Assembly (NCBI GenBank): GCA_903875465.1
Contig: CAIQWB010000135.1
Span: forward strand, 8,962 to 72,961
DNA length: 64,000 bases
Reading direction: 5' to 3'
From: an uncultured Verrucomicrobia subdivision 3 bacterium
GTDB lineage: Bacteria; Verrucomicrobiota; Verrucomicrobiia; Limisphaerales; UBA11358
The notes beneath the pieces are model-generated. The model was not told where the DNA came from, did no database searches, and saw nothing but the letters and a program-made list of their open reading frames with translations. A program made the translations under genes and the position numbers. Below are positions 39,933 to 50,139 of the stretch, piece by piece (within the stretch, counting starts at the first letter, position 1; the number at the start of each line of letters is the position of its first letter).

Positions 39933-40586
39933 ATGCCCCGCGAAACTAACTCGGCCCGCTCGGCCCGCATGGCCCGCATTCTCGCGGCCCTGCCGGTGAT
40001 TCATCCGGAGGCCCACTGCGAGCTGAACCACCGGAACCCGCTGGAACTGCTGATTGCCACGATTCTCTCCGCGCAATGCACGGACAAGCGGGTGAATCTG
40101 GTGACGGCGGAATTATTTAAAACCCACCGGACGGCGGCCGACTTTGCGAACGCGCCGCTGGCGGAGCTGGAGGCGGCGGTGAAGACCACGGGTTTTTACC
40201 GGAACAAGGCGAAGAACATTCAGGCCTGTTGCCAGCAATTGATCGAGAAACATGGGGGCGAGGTGCCCCGCACGATGGACGAGCTGACCGCCCTGGCCGG
40301 GGCGGGTCGAAAAACGGCCAATGTGGTGCTGGGCAATGCCTTCGGGATCAATGTGGGCGTGGTGGTGGATACGCATGTGGGCCGGCTGGCGCAACGGCTG
40401 GGGTTGACCCGGGAAACGAGCCCGGAAAAAATCGAAGCGGACTTGATAAAACTGGTACCCCAGCCGCAATGGACGATCTTCAGCCACTGGTTGATCTGGC
40501 ATGGCCGGCGGCGGTGCGCGGCGCGCAAACCGGATTGCCTTAACTGCGAATTGCAAACCGATTGTCCGCGCGTGGGGGTCGCATGA
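39933..40586 (+). CDS. nth: Endonuclease III
   Basis: LSAQCTD, HhH motif GAGRKTANVV, VDTHV and 4Fe-4S motif CAARKPDCLNCELQTDC. Confidence 0.96.
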   Translation: MPRETNSARSARMARILAALPVIHPEAHCELNHRNPLELLIATILSAQCTDKRVNLVTAELFKTHRTAADFANAPLAELEAAVKTTGFYRNKAKNIQACCQQLIEKHGGEVPRTMDELTALAGAGRKTANVVLGNAFGINVGVVVDTHVGRLAQRLGLTRETSPEKIEADLIKLVPQPQWTIFSHWLIWHGRRRCAARKPDCLNCELQTDCPRVGVA

Positions 40587-41266
40587 ATACCTGGCATTTA
40601 TTAAACGATGGGAACCAAACTGCCGCCCATAACATGGCGGTGGATGAAGCCCTGCTGGAGACCATGCCCCGGTGGCAGTTCCCGGTGCTGCGGTTTTACG
40701 GCTGGACCGAGCCGGCGGCAACGTTCGGCTATTTTCAAAAATACGCGGAGGTCAGCTCCCGGACCCGCCTGCGCCCCTTGATTCGCCGGCCCACCGGTGG
40801 CGGGATCGTGCCCCACGAGGCGGACTGGACTTACAGCCTCGCCTTTCCCGCTGGTCACGAATGGCACGGCCTGGCGGCGGTGACCAGCTATCACCGCGTG
40901 CATGCCTGGATTCAAGCGGCCTTTGCCCAGTTGAATATCGTTACCGAACTGGCCCCGTGCTGCCTGCCCACGTCGCCGGGGGCCTGCTTTGCCGGATATG
41001 AAAAGTCGGACGTGCTCTGGGAGGGCCGCAAGATCGCCGGGGCGGCGCAGCGGCGCAACCGGCTGGGCTTGCTGATTCAAGGATCGGTGCAGCCCCCGCC
41101 GGTTCCGGTGGCCCGCGCGGATTGGGAACAGGCCATGCTCCAGGCCGCCCGGGCGGCGTGGCCGGTTAGTTGGGCGCCATTAGCCCCGGATCCGGCATTT
41201 GCCGCCGGCGTGGCGGAGTTGGAGCGGGATAAGTACATGCAGGCAAACTATAATCAAAAGCGGTAG
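40583..41266 (+). CDS. Lipoate-protein ligase/octanoyltransferase family (LplA/LipM-like)
   Basis: NMAVDEALL, LRFYGW, RRPTGGG, KIAGAAQRR and QGS. Start at ATG 40583 (ATGA overlap with nth). Confidence 0.85.
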   Translation: MNTWHLLNDGNQTAAHNMAVDEALLETMPRWQFPVLRFYGWTEPAATFGYFQKYAEVSSRTRLRPLIRRPTGGGIVPHEADWTYSLAFPAGHEWHGLAAVTSYHRVHAWIQAAFAQLNIVTELAPCCLPTSPGACFAGYEKSDVLWEGRKIAGAAQRRNRLGLLIQGSVQPPPVPVARADWEQAMLQAARAAWPVSWAPLAPDPAFAAGVAELERDKYMQANYNQKR

Positions 41267-41335
41267 CGGACCGGTCCCAGGGGGCCCAACCCCGGGCGGT
41301 TGCGGGGCTTCCGGGCATGGGGTACTATGGCGACG

Positions 41336-41506
41336 ATGACAGACGTGACGATGATTTTGCAGGCCATTGGGCGTGGCGATGAGCGCAGCCTGACTGCCGG
41401 CGCCTGGGCCAATGATTCGGCTCTGGCCGCGCAAATGGTGGGCACGCAATGGCAGGTGAGTGTGCCCAAAACGGGCGGCGCCCGGTGCTTCCGCCTGATT
41501 CGCTAA
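41336..41506 (+). pseudogene. Chimeric remnant: ECF sigma factor (TIGR02999-like) N-terminus fused to the C-terminus of a secreted protein
   Basis: MTDVTMILQAIGRGDE joined in frame to SLTAGAW...WQVSVPKTGGARCFRLIR*. Confidence 0.6.
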
Positions 41507-41532
41507 GCGATCCAGCCAACCAAATTAAGCGC

Positions 41533-41569
41533 AACCGCCGCGTGGGCCACCACGCGGCGGTTTGTTTTT
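41533..41569 (+). terminator. Rho-independent terminator
   Basis: aaccgccgcgtgg-gcca-ccacgcggcggtt followed by tgttttt. Confidence 0.8.
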
Positions 41570-41729
41570 GACGGGCAATCGACCGCACAAAAATGCGATG
41601 GCAACGGGTCATTAATAGTCCATATTGCCTAATGTCATTCCATTTCCCGACACTTGGCAAAGCCGGCAGCGGCACTGCCCCGCCGGGCGGGAATATGATT
41701 AACCGACAATTATTTTGCTTTTTGCCCTT

Positions 41730-44700
41730 GTGAAATTCGCCCTGCCTGCCGCCTCCGGTCATCGCCTCGTGCCCCTGCTATTTTTACTCGCCCTGTGGCT
41801 GGTGGCCAGTTTTCAACCGGCCCGGGGCGAGGCCATGTTGGAATTATTCCAGCAAACCTGGCCCCAGGTGACGCAGAAAATCCCGGAAATTGCCGAGGCT
41901 GGGTATGACAGTCTGTGGCTGCCCAACCCGGCCAAGGGCAACAGCGGGGCTTACTCCACGGGTTACGATGTGTTCGATCCCTTCGATCTGGGCAGCACGA
42001 ACCAACAGGGCACCGTGGCCACCCGGTATGGCACCCAGTCTCAACTGATTCAAATGGTGCAAATGGCCCACCGGTTTGGCATCCGCGTTTATTTTGACAA
42101 TGTGATGAATCACCGGGCCAGCACGGTGCCGGGATACCCGGGATCGGGCACAGCCACGAATTATTATCCCGGCCTGATTCCGCAGGATTTCCATTTGCAA
42201 ACGGTCACGGGCGGGTACCAAAACTGGCCGTCGGTGAGCGATTATTGCAATGTGCAAAATGTGGAAAACCAGCCGCTGCTGGGCTTGTGCGATCTGGCCC
42301 AGGAACCGGGCACGCTCAACTGGAATTTCGGGGCGAATGTCGGCAACACCATTACCAAGCCGGTGTTTGTGCGGTTTCCGGGCCGGCCGGATTTGTACCA
42401 GGACACCAATGGCCCGCTGCTTGGCATTGGGTGGGGTGGCGCGGGCTGGCGGCCATTTGATGGTCATGGCCAGCCGGTCGCCGAGGATGTGTCCACGTAT
42501 CTCTGCCGCGCGGTGGCGTGGACGCTGTACACCACGAAGTGCGACGGGTTCCGGCTGGATGCCGTGAAGCATGTGCCGGTGAGTTTTTTTGGCGGGGAAA
42601 CCGGCCAGACAGATGACCCTTACTTTGCGGGTTACACGGGGGCCATTCAGGCGATGTACGATTATGCACATGGTTATGGCAGCAACGTGACGACGAATGG
42701 CTACTTGGAGAAGGATGGGAATCGCAACAGTCTTTTCAACACCGAGGCGGCGCGCAATGACGCCATGATTTTCGGGGAATACGTTCCGTCCGCACTGGCG
42801 AACAACAATTTCAATGACTTCCTGAATTCCGGGCTGCGATTGCTGAACTTTGCCTTATACAATCAAATGAATGCCGTTTTCAGCGGCACCTCGCTGGCCG
42901 GCATGGATGGACGGGATTACGCACCCCCGGGATCCAATTGCGATGGCAGCGGCAACTTCAGCATGGCGCAGGCGGTGAACCTGCCGCAAACCCAGGATGG
43001 CGACACGTGCTGTCCCGCAAACCAGGGCATGGAAGACGCCTACTTTTTCCTGCACGAAGGACTGCCGATGGTTTATTCCGATGGCTTCAACCATAACAGC
43101 GGCGGGGGCACCCCCATTGTGTCTGATGCCAATTTCCTGGGCGAATTCGGTGACAACACCATGCCGGATACCATGTATCTCCACCACCAACTCTCACGCG
43201 GCGGCACCTGGTCCCGTTGGAGCGACCAAAATATCGTGGCGTTTGAGCGTTATGATTATCGGGAGGGCAACGGGGCGCAGCCACAAACGCAGGCGGTGGC
43301 CTTGTTCGCCCTGAACACCAAGACCAGTTACCCGGGCGACATCGCGTTCGATGACGGGGTTGGCCAGGCTTACGACGGTTATTACGGCGGGCAGTCCATC
43401 TCCAATTCCCGGGGCGTTGGCTTGGCGGTCGGGTTTGCACCGGGATCGGTGCTGGTGCAACTGGCCAGTTCCTCCCCCACTGGCGGACGGGCCTACCAAA
43501 AATTATTGGTGCATGCCGCGACCTCCAGCCTCAGTGCAGCGCAGGCCTCCGTAAACAATGCCGATCCGACCCAGCGCCTGATTTATACCGGCGGCCAGAC
43601 CATTCCCAGTGGCGGCGGGGCGATTGAACTTAACCTGCCCAGCAATGCCTGGGTGATGTATGGTTACCAATGGCCGGAGGCCAGCCGCGCGAATGTTGCC
43701 ACCAACGCGATTGTGCTCCGGCAGGGGGGCCATGAAGCCCCGCGCCTGACCGTTTACCGGACGGACGGCCCCAACGGCGACCCGGGTTTCAACCCCGTTT
43801 ATCCCTTCAAAATGGCGGGCCGGGTCGATGCATATGGGAATGTCCTGGGCGGGGTGAATGTCTCCAATCTGACCTATGCCCTGGACATTCCCGTGGTGAC
43901 AAACGCGAATTTCGACATTCTGGTGAACAGCGATGCCTCGGCCGTCAACACGCTGGTGAAGCTGGATGGCGGCACCGATTTGAACAGCCAGATGGGCCTG
44001 GGCCCCACGAATATGAGCAGCGGGCTGGCCCCCACCAATTTCCCCGACTTCCGCGACAACAAGCCGGGCTATGCCAGCGATGTTTTCCTGGGATATGAAC
44101 AGACTGTGTTTCAATTTCGCAATGGGCCGGAAAAATTTGCCGCCCGGAATACATTAAGCAACAACGTGGTTTCCCTGGGTGCGGAAACCTATCTCTACGT
44201 GGTGGGCGGAACCAGCACGGTGGTGCCGGGAACCGGTTATGGCGCGGGCATCACGAATGCCACGGCAGCCTGGGTGTATCATGATCCCGGGGCGACCAAT
44301 ACCGCCCTGGCGCCCAACAACAGCAGCACCCAGCGCGTGCCCCTGAGTCCGGCGGCGGGTCAGACCGTCGATGTGTATATGAAAGTGGGCTACCAGTTTC
44401 AGGCGAACACCGGGTGTATTTATTACACCACGGATGGCTCCCAACCCGCCGGGGCTTTTGGGGTGGGCAAGGGAACCACCCAGGTGGTGCCCGCCTATTT
44501 TGTGAATCACGACAGTGCGCAGACCACTATTGACTGGTGGAAGAGCACCCTCCCGGCGCAGCCAGCCGGCACCTCGGTGCGCTACCTGGCGGCGTTTTTC
44601 AACAATGCCATTGGCCCCATTTCCGATGCCGAACGTTCAGGCTCCAAGTGGTACGGACTCAACCGAGCCGCCATCACCAACTTCAATCCCACCACAGCCA

Positions 44701-45767
44701 CCGTGTGGTTGCACAACGATTTGAACGTGAACAACACCGTCACCGGCCTGCCCTCGGGCTTTCACATCCTCCGGGCGCGCACCTTCCTGCCGCGCACCAA
44801 CCAGGCCAGTGTTTACAACACGTTCGCCCAGACATTTTATTACGATGGCGCCCTGCCCACCGGGGCGATGGCGTTTCCCGCCAATGGCAGCAGCCTGACC
44901 ACCCGCAGTTACACGGTGGTGATCCGTGCGGACAGCAACGTCACCGGGGTGGACTTTAACCTGCAGGACAGCAATACCGCGAACGACGACCTGGTCACCG
45001 GCCAGCCCAATGGCAATGGCAACACTACGAATGGCTCCCCCGTCTTTGTGGCGGCCACCGCGATGACGCCGGATCCCACCTTGAGCGCGACCTACCCTAA
45101 TTATCCGCAAGAATTCCGGTTCACCTACACGAACATACCCAGCAGCGGCACGGCCACGATCTTCGTGCGGCTGAAGGAATTTGCCACGAGTGTTTATACG
45201 AACCGCTCGACCTGGTTGACCACGACGGTCAACACCCTGGCCCCGGTGCAGGTGGTGGAGATTTCCAGCCCGGCCACCAATGGCGTGATCCTGCCCTACA
45301 GCACCAACAGCACCTATCTGCTCGCGGCGTGCTTCAGCACCTCGCTCACCGGCAGCACCAACAATTTCAACATCCTGATCAACGGTGTGCTGCAACCCCA
45401 GACCGCGTACATCCTGCGCCCCAGCGGCCCCTGCACGGGCATGAAGGCGATCTACTACAACTGGAGTAATCCGCCGCTGGGCACCAACGTCATTCAGATT
45501 AGTTACACCAATAATTCACCGGTGCTGAGCGACACCCGCAGCGTGATCGTCGCCCCGCCCTTGCGCATGGCCAGCCTGGCCGGCAACAATCAATTGGTCG
45601 TCTGGGCCAGCGCGCCGGGGGTGAATTATCAAGTTCTGGCCACGACCAACCTGGCGCAACCGTTCCAACCCATCAGCACGGTGATCCCGGCTTCGGGGGC
45701 CTCAACGTTCTTCTACGACCCCAACCCCGCCCCGGCGAAGTTTTATGAAATCGAAATGCTGCCCTGA
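41730..45767 (+). CDS. Large secreted GH13 alpha-amylase family protein with multiple C-terminal beta domains
   Basis: Signal peptide; GYDVFDPFDLG, TRYGT, DNVMNH, GFRLDAVKH (nucleophile) and FGEY (acid/base). Start uncertain (GTG 41730 or TTG 41715). Confidence 0.88.
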   Translation: MKFALPAASGHRLVPLLFLLALWLVASFQPARGEAMLELFQQTWPQVTQKIPEIAEAGYDSLWLPNPAKGNSGAYSTGYDVFDPFDLGSTNQQGTVATRYGTQSQLIQMVQMAHRFGIRVYFDNVMNHRASTVPGYPGSGTATNYYPGLIPQDFHLQTVTGGYQNWPSVSDYCNVQNVENQPLLGLCDLAQEPGTLNWNFGANVGNTITKPVFVRFPGRPDLYQDTNGPLLGIGWGGAGWRPFDGHGQPVAEDVSTYLCRAVAWTLYTTKCDGFRLDAVKHVPVSFFGGETGQTDDPYFAGYTGAIQAMYDYAHGYGSNVTTNGYLEKDGNRNSLFNTEAARNDAMIFGEYVPSALANNNFNDFLNSGLRLLNFALYNQMNAVFSGTSLAGMDGRDYAPPGSNCDGSGNFSMAQAVNLPQTQDGDTCCPANQGMEDAYFFLHEGLPMVYSDGFNHNSGGGTPIVSDANFLGEFGDNTMPDTMYLHHQLSRGGTWSRWSDQNIVAFERYDYREGNGAQPQTQAVALFALNTKTSYPGDIAFDDGVGQAYDGYYGGQSISNSRGVGLAVGFAPGSVLVQLASSSPTGGRAYQKLLVHAATSSLSAAQASVNNADPTQRLIYTGGQTIPSGGGAIELNLPSNAWVMYGYQWPEASRANVATNAIVLRQGGHEAPRLTVYRTDGPNGDPGFNPVYPFKMAGRVDAYGNVLGGVNVSNLTYALDIPVVTNANFDILVNSDASAVNTLVKLDGGTDLNSQMGLGPTNMSSGLAPTNFPDFRDNKPGYASDVFLGYEQTVFQFRNGPEKFAARNTLSNNVVSLGAETYLYVVGGTSTVVPGTGYGAGITNATAAWVYHDPGATNTALAPNNSSTQRVPLSPAAGQTVDVYMKVGYQFQANTGCIYYTTDGSQPAGAFGVGKGTTQVVPAYFVNHDSAQTTIDWWKSTLPAQPAGTSVRYLAAFFNNAIGPISDAERSGSKWYGLNRAAITNFNPTTATVWLHNDLNVNNTVTGLPSGFHILRARTFLPRTNQASVYNTFAQTFYYDGALPTGAMAFPANGSSLTTRSYTVVIRADSNVTGVDFNLQDSNTANDDLVTGQPNGNGNTTNGSPVFVAATAMTPDPTLSATYPNYPQEFRFTYTNIPSSGTATIFVRLKEFATSVYTNRSTWLTTTVNTLAPVQVVEISSPATNGVILPYSTNSTYLLAACFSTSLTGSTNNFNILINGVLQPQTAYILRPSGPCTGMKAIYYNWSNPPLGTNVIQISYTNNSPVLSDTRSVIVAPPLRMASLAGNNQLVVWASAPGVNYQVLATTNLAQPFQPISTVIPASGASTFFYDPNPAPAKFYEIEMLP

Positions 45768-45916
45768 GAAGCGAATGGAGAAGGCCGCATGAGGAACGAT
45801 GAAATTTTAGAATCGCCGGCAACAGCCTGCTTTTTCAGGATTCATCCCGCGCCTCGCATAAATATGCGATAGCCAAGCCGGGTGCGATGCGCTATAACCA
45901 GCATAAACCCAAAATC

Positions 45917-46855
45917 ATGAACACCTCCATCAAACAGACCACCTTGTTTTCAGCGGCTGCCGGGCGGCGCCGCTTGCTCAAAAACGTCTTCACGGCCGCC
46001 GGCCTGGCCGGGGCTGCCACGCTGGCAGTCCAGGCCCAAATTACGGTCGACGGCACCCGGGACGCCGCTTATGGCGCGCCTTTGGCCACCCAAACGGTGA
46101 ACACCGGTTTTGGTGACAGCACCGCCGGTGACGGCACTTCGGCCAACGGTTCCGAACTGGACGCCGGTTACGGCAAGATTGCCAATGGCAATCTGTACAT
46201 CTTCCTGGCGGGAAACTTCCAAAACAATGGCAATCACGTCAATGTGTTCATTGCCGATGGCCGGGCCGGGCAAAGCACGCTGGCCGTGCCCGCCACCGGC
46301 ACCTTGAAAGCCATGAATGGCTCGGTATTCAGCTCGGGCTTTCAAGCGACCTACGCGCTGGATCTCAATGACTATTCGGGCACCCTTTATGCTGAGGAAT
46401 ATGGCCTGACAGGCACGGCCTCGGGCGGGTATGTCGGTTCCGTCGGCCTCACGGGTGGCATCGGCTTCGGCACCCCGGGTCCCAATGGCATCACTTACGG
46501 TTTAAACAACCTGAACGCTGCGGGAGTGAATGGCAACACCGGCACCGCAGCCGACCCGGCGGCGGCGAATGCGGTGGGCACCGGTTTGGAATTGAGCATT
46601 CCCCTCAGCCTGCTGGGCGATCCCACCGGCCCCATCGAGGTTCTGGCCGCGATTAACGGTGGCGGCGATACCTACCTTTCCAATCAGTTACTGCCCGGTT
46701 TGCCCGTCAGTTCGGGAAACCTCGGAGCCGCCACCTTCAACTTCGGGTCCACACCCGGCCAATATTTCACCGTGCCTACCCCGGAACCCAGCACCCTGGC
46801 GCTGGGCACCCTGGCTGGCCTGGCCGGGCTCGTTGCCTTCCGCCGCCGGAAATAG
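45917..46855 (+). CDS. PEP-CTERM sorting domain surface protein
   Basis: Signal peptide ending VQA; Gly/Thr/Asn-rich body; C-terminal PEPSTLALGTLAGLAGLVAFRRRK. Confidence 0.92.
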   Translation: MNTSIKQTTLFSAAAGRRRLLKNVFTAAGLAGAATLAVQAQITVDGTRDAAYGAPLATQTVNTGFGDSTAGDGTSANGSELDAGYGKIANGNLYIFLAGNFQNNGNHVNVFIADGRAGQSTLAVPATGTLKAMNGSVFSSGFQATYALDLNDYSGTLYAEEYGLTGTASGGYVGSVGLTGGIGFGTPGPNGITYGLNNLNAAGVNGNTGTAADPAAANAVGTGLELSIPLSLLGDPTGPIEVLAAINGGGDTYLSNQLLPGLPVSSGNLGAATFNFGSTPGQYFTVPTPEPSTLALGTLAGLAGLVAFRRRK

Positions 46856-46895
46856 AACCGCTGCGGATTTGTTTTTCAACCATTCATTGTTTCCG

Positions 46896-46933
46896 AAGGT
46901 GCCCCCTGTTTTAGAAGGGGGCACCTTTTTTTT
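46896..46933 (+). terminator. Rho-independent terminator after the PEP-CTERM gene
   Basis: aaggtgccccct-gttttaga-agggggcacctt followed by a T run. Confidence 0.9.
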
Positions 46934-47028
46934 CACCAGCCAAACCTGACTGGCTGGCAGGTGAGCCCCACAAGGCCCTTGATTTCAAATCCTTTCCCGG
47001 GCAGTTTGGCCCCATCACATTCCTTTTT

Positions 47029-48144
47029 ATGCCATCGCTTAACTCTCGCGTTTTGACGCGGCTCATCCTCCTTATCATCGCCGGACTGGCTTCGCCCCGG
47101 TTTCCGGCCGCCGCCCAAACGCCTGGCACGGCCCCGGCGACCGTTGCCCACCAGGCCTTGCCCCCACTCCCGGAGCCACAAAATGTGCCGCATCCGGGCC
47201 CCACAAACGATTTCCCCTATGTGCCCCAGGCCATTTTACCCGGCGGGGTAGTGCTCCCGTTGTATGCGCCCGACTCGCCCCTATTGAACCAAGCCCGTGT
47301 TCGGGAAGCCGAAATCTATTCCCTGAACCGCGGCGTGCCGGGACGGATTGATTACATCGTCAACATCCACAACCCGTCCATTGAAATTCATCCGGCGGAA
47401 CCGTGGCATAACACCGGCACGGCCATCATTCTAGCGGCGGGCGGTGGTCATCAGACCCTCAACGTGGGCCCGGAAGCCGTCACCCCGGCGGCTTTTTTTG
47501 CCAATTACGGCATCACGTCCGTCATCCTCCGCAATCGCTTGCGCAAGGATGGCTACAGCGTCCCCAAGGATGCGGTCAACGATGCCTTGCAAGCCATTCG
47601 CCTCGTGCGGGCGCACGCAGCGAACTGGCATATTGACCCCAACAAAATCGGCATAATGGGGTTTTCCGCCGGGGCCGAACTCGCCGCCGCCGCCGGGCTG
47701 CAATATCAGACCTTTGACACCCAAAACACCCAGCCCGGCGATCCGCTGACCGGCGTGACCGCGCGTCCCGATTTCGTGGGTTTGGTTTATCCCGGACCCA
47801 CCCCCTTCAGCCTCAACACCAACGGCCCGACCGTGATTCCTCCGGACATGCCGCCTTCGTTCCTCGTTTGCGCCAGCTCGGGCGACCGGGTGCATGCCGC
47901 TTGGGCCGACGCCTATTTTGGGGGGATGCTCAAGCAAAGCGTGCCCAACCTGGAAATGCATATGTACGGTCGCGGCGGGCATGGCGGCGGCTTCAGCGAC
48001 CGCAACGACACCCCGTTCGGCACCTGGCAGTTTCGCTTCATCGACTGGTTTCGCGATCTGGGCTTTTTAAACAAACCGGGCGTGGAAACCCAGGCGGCGA
48101 AAGACGTGCAGGCTTATGTAAGCCAGCAAGCCAAATTTAAATAA
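47029..48144 (+). CDS. Secreted alpha/beta hydrolase (carbohydrate esterase-like)
   Basis: Signal peptide; GGGH oxyanion region, GFSAG nucleophile elbow and GGHG. Confidence 0.82.
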   Translation: MPSLNSRVLTRLILLIIAGLASPRFPAAAQTPGTAPATVAHQALPPLPEPQNVPHPGPTNDFPYVPQAILPGGVVLPLYAPDSPLLNQARVREAEIYSLNRGVPGRIDYIVNIHNPSIEIHPAEPWHNTGTAIILAAGGGHQTLNVGPEAVTPAAFFANYGITSVILRNRLRKDGYSVPKDAVNDALQAIRLVRAHAANWHIDPNKIGIMGFSAGAELAAAAGLQYQTFDTQNTQPGDPLTGVTARPDFVGLVYPGPTPFSLNTNGPTVIPPDMPPSFLVCASSGDRVHAAWADAYFGGMLKQSVPNLEMHMYGRGGHGGGFSDRNDTPFGTWQFRFIDWFRDLGFLNKPGVETQAAKDVQAYVSQQAKFK

Positions 48145-48371
48145 CCGCACCCCGCTGCGCGAAACCAGCCAGGAAGTGCGGAAGGCGGGGCCTGGCAACG
48201 CGCGCAACGGCGGGGTTAACCAACCTCAATACGACCTTGATTCTGGCCAAGCCTCAGGACAGCATAGAGCAGTAAAAAAGTATCAATCCAAACGGCTGCG
48301 GCCACTGATGCATCGCCCGTCCGCTGGCCGGCCCAGCCGCTTAAACGTGCCCGTTTTGCCAACAACTACGG

Positions 48372-49664
48372 GTGGCAGAATCACGTCCAATGTTATGCAA
48401 GGCCACCAAGCCTAGAACCCGCCCCATCTTGAAATTTACCCGCTACCAACAGTTTGTGGTCGCCCTGCTGGCCTTCCTGCAATTCACGGTCATTCTCGAC
48501 TTCATGATTCTCTCGCCGTTGGGAGCCATCCTGTTGCCCGAGCTGAATATCGCCACCGCCCAATTTGGCCTGCTGGTTTCGGTGTACGCCTTGAGTGCGG
48601 GCGCTTCGGGATTGCTGACGGCCGGGTTCGCGGACAAATTTGACCGCAAGCGGCTCCTGCTCTTTTTCTACGCCGGGTTTATCCTGGGCACCGCGCTTTG
48701 CGGGCTGGCCACGAGCTATCATGGGCTGCTGGCGGCGCGCGTTGTCACTGGCATTTTCGGCGGCGTCATTGGGTCCATCAGCCTGGCCATCGCCGCCGAC
48801 CTGTTCCCCTTGGAAATGCGGGGCCGGGTGATGGGTGTGGTGCAAACCGCCTTTGCCGCCAGTCAGGTGCTGGGGCTGCCGATTGGCCTCTGGCTCGCCA
48901 ATCATTGGGGCTGGCATGCGCCCTTTTTCATGATCGCCGGCCTCGGCGCGGCGGTGGGTTTCATCATCGCCTGGGGCCTGCGCCCGATTGATGCCCACTT
49001 GAAGATCAAAAATGACCGCAGCGCCTGGCAGCATCTGTTTAAAACCGTTTCCAAACCGGTCTACCTGCGCGGCTTCGCCGCCACCATTCTCCTGGCCACT
49101 GGTGGTTTTATGTTGATGCCCTTTGGCTCCGCCTACACGGTCAATAATCTGGGCATTCCCCTCATCCACCTCCCGCTGATTTATTTGGTGACCGGCATTT
49201 GCACCATCATCACCGGTCCGCTGGTGGGTCGCTGGAGCGACCGGATCGGCAAATATCCCATCTTTTTTGGCGGCACCGTGCTGGGCATGATCATGGTGAC
49301 GATTTATTGCCATCTGGGCCTGACGCCGCTGTGGTTGGTCATGCTCGTGAATGTGCTGCTGTTCATCGGCATCTCCGGCCGGATGATTGCCACCTCGGCC
49401 CTCATCTCCGCCGTGCCCGACCTGAACGATCGCGGGGCCTTCATGTCGGTGAATTCCGCGCTGCAACAATTCTCCGGTGGCATCGCCTCCGCCCTCGCCG
49501 GCTTGATTGTGGTGCAAACTCCGGGCGGGCGGCTTGACCACTACGGCCTCCTCGGCGGGGTGGTTGTGGCCGCCATGCTCATCACCCTGGTCCTGATGTA
49601 TTCGGTCCACCAAATCGTGCAGGCCAAAACGAAGACCGCACCGGTGCCGCCCCAACCTGCCTGA
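48372..49664 (+). CDS. MFS transporter
   Basis: About 12 TM segments; motif A ADKFDRK and GRWSDRIGK. Start uncertain (TTG 48429 plausible). Confidence 0.9.
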   Translation: MAESRPMLCKATKPRTRPILKFTRYQQFVVALLAFLQFTVILDFMILSPLGAILLPELNIATAQFGLLVSVYALSAGASGLLTAGFADKFDRKRLLLFFYAGFILGTALCGLATSYHGLLAARVVTGIFGGVIGSISLAIAADLFPLEMRGRVMGVVQTAFAASQVLGLPIGLWLANHWGWHAPFFMIAGLGAAVGFIIAWGLRPIDAHLKIKNDRSAWQHLFKTVSKPVYLRGFAATILLATGGFMLMPFGSAYTVNNLGIPLIHLPLIYLVTGICTIITGPLVGRWSDRIGKYPIFFGGTVLGMIMVTIYCHLGLTPLWLVMLVNVLLFIGISGRMIATSALISAVPDLNDRGAFMSVNSALQQFSGGIASALAGLIVVQTPGGRLDHYGLLGGVVVAAMLITLVLMYSVHQIVQAKTKTAPVPPQPA

Positions 49665-49666
49665 CC

Positions 49667-50002
49667 TCAGGAATCCCCCTCCTGCAGCCCCGTTTTCCAG
49701 ACCACATCGCACTTCTGGCAATAAAACAGAAAATCCCGTTTCCGCGCCGGGTCCTTATGGCGCGGCAACCGGGCCTGGCATTGCGGACACTGATAACGCC
49801 CCAGCACCCGATGGTGCAAGACCGCCAGACTGGTAATCATGGCGACAAGAATGACGCAAAACAGGACCACCCCGAGCCGCTCATGCTTCTCCATGCAAGC
49901 GCCGAGGACAATCATTCCCAAAAACGAGGATCCCAGAAAGATGCCCATCAGCGGCGCCAAAAAGCGCTCAGCGAAAGTCGGGTCGTCTTTTTCAATGGCC
50001 AT
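49667..50002 (-). CDS. Small hypothetical membrane protein with zinc-ribbon-like C-terminus
   Basis: Two TM segments followed by CPQC and CQKC. Confidence 0.6.
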   Translation of the reverse strand: MAIEKDDPTFAERFLAPLMGIFLGSSFLGMIVLGACMEKHERLGVVLFCVILVAMITSLAVLHHRVLGRYQCPQCQARLPRHKDPARKRDFLFYCQKCDVVWKTGLQEGDS

Positions 50003-50139
50003 GGCACACCTAAGATCCCAACTCAGAAATGCAACTCACGACGCGGCAGGCAATCGCCCCAGGCGGGTCATCCCCGGAAAGCATCATCCCAGTTTTAGGC
50101 CCTGGCCAGCGAATATCCGGGGTACCCGGCATTGAAGGG

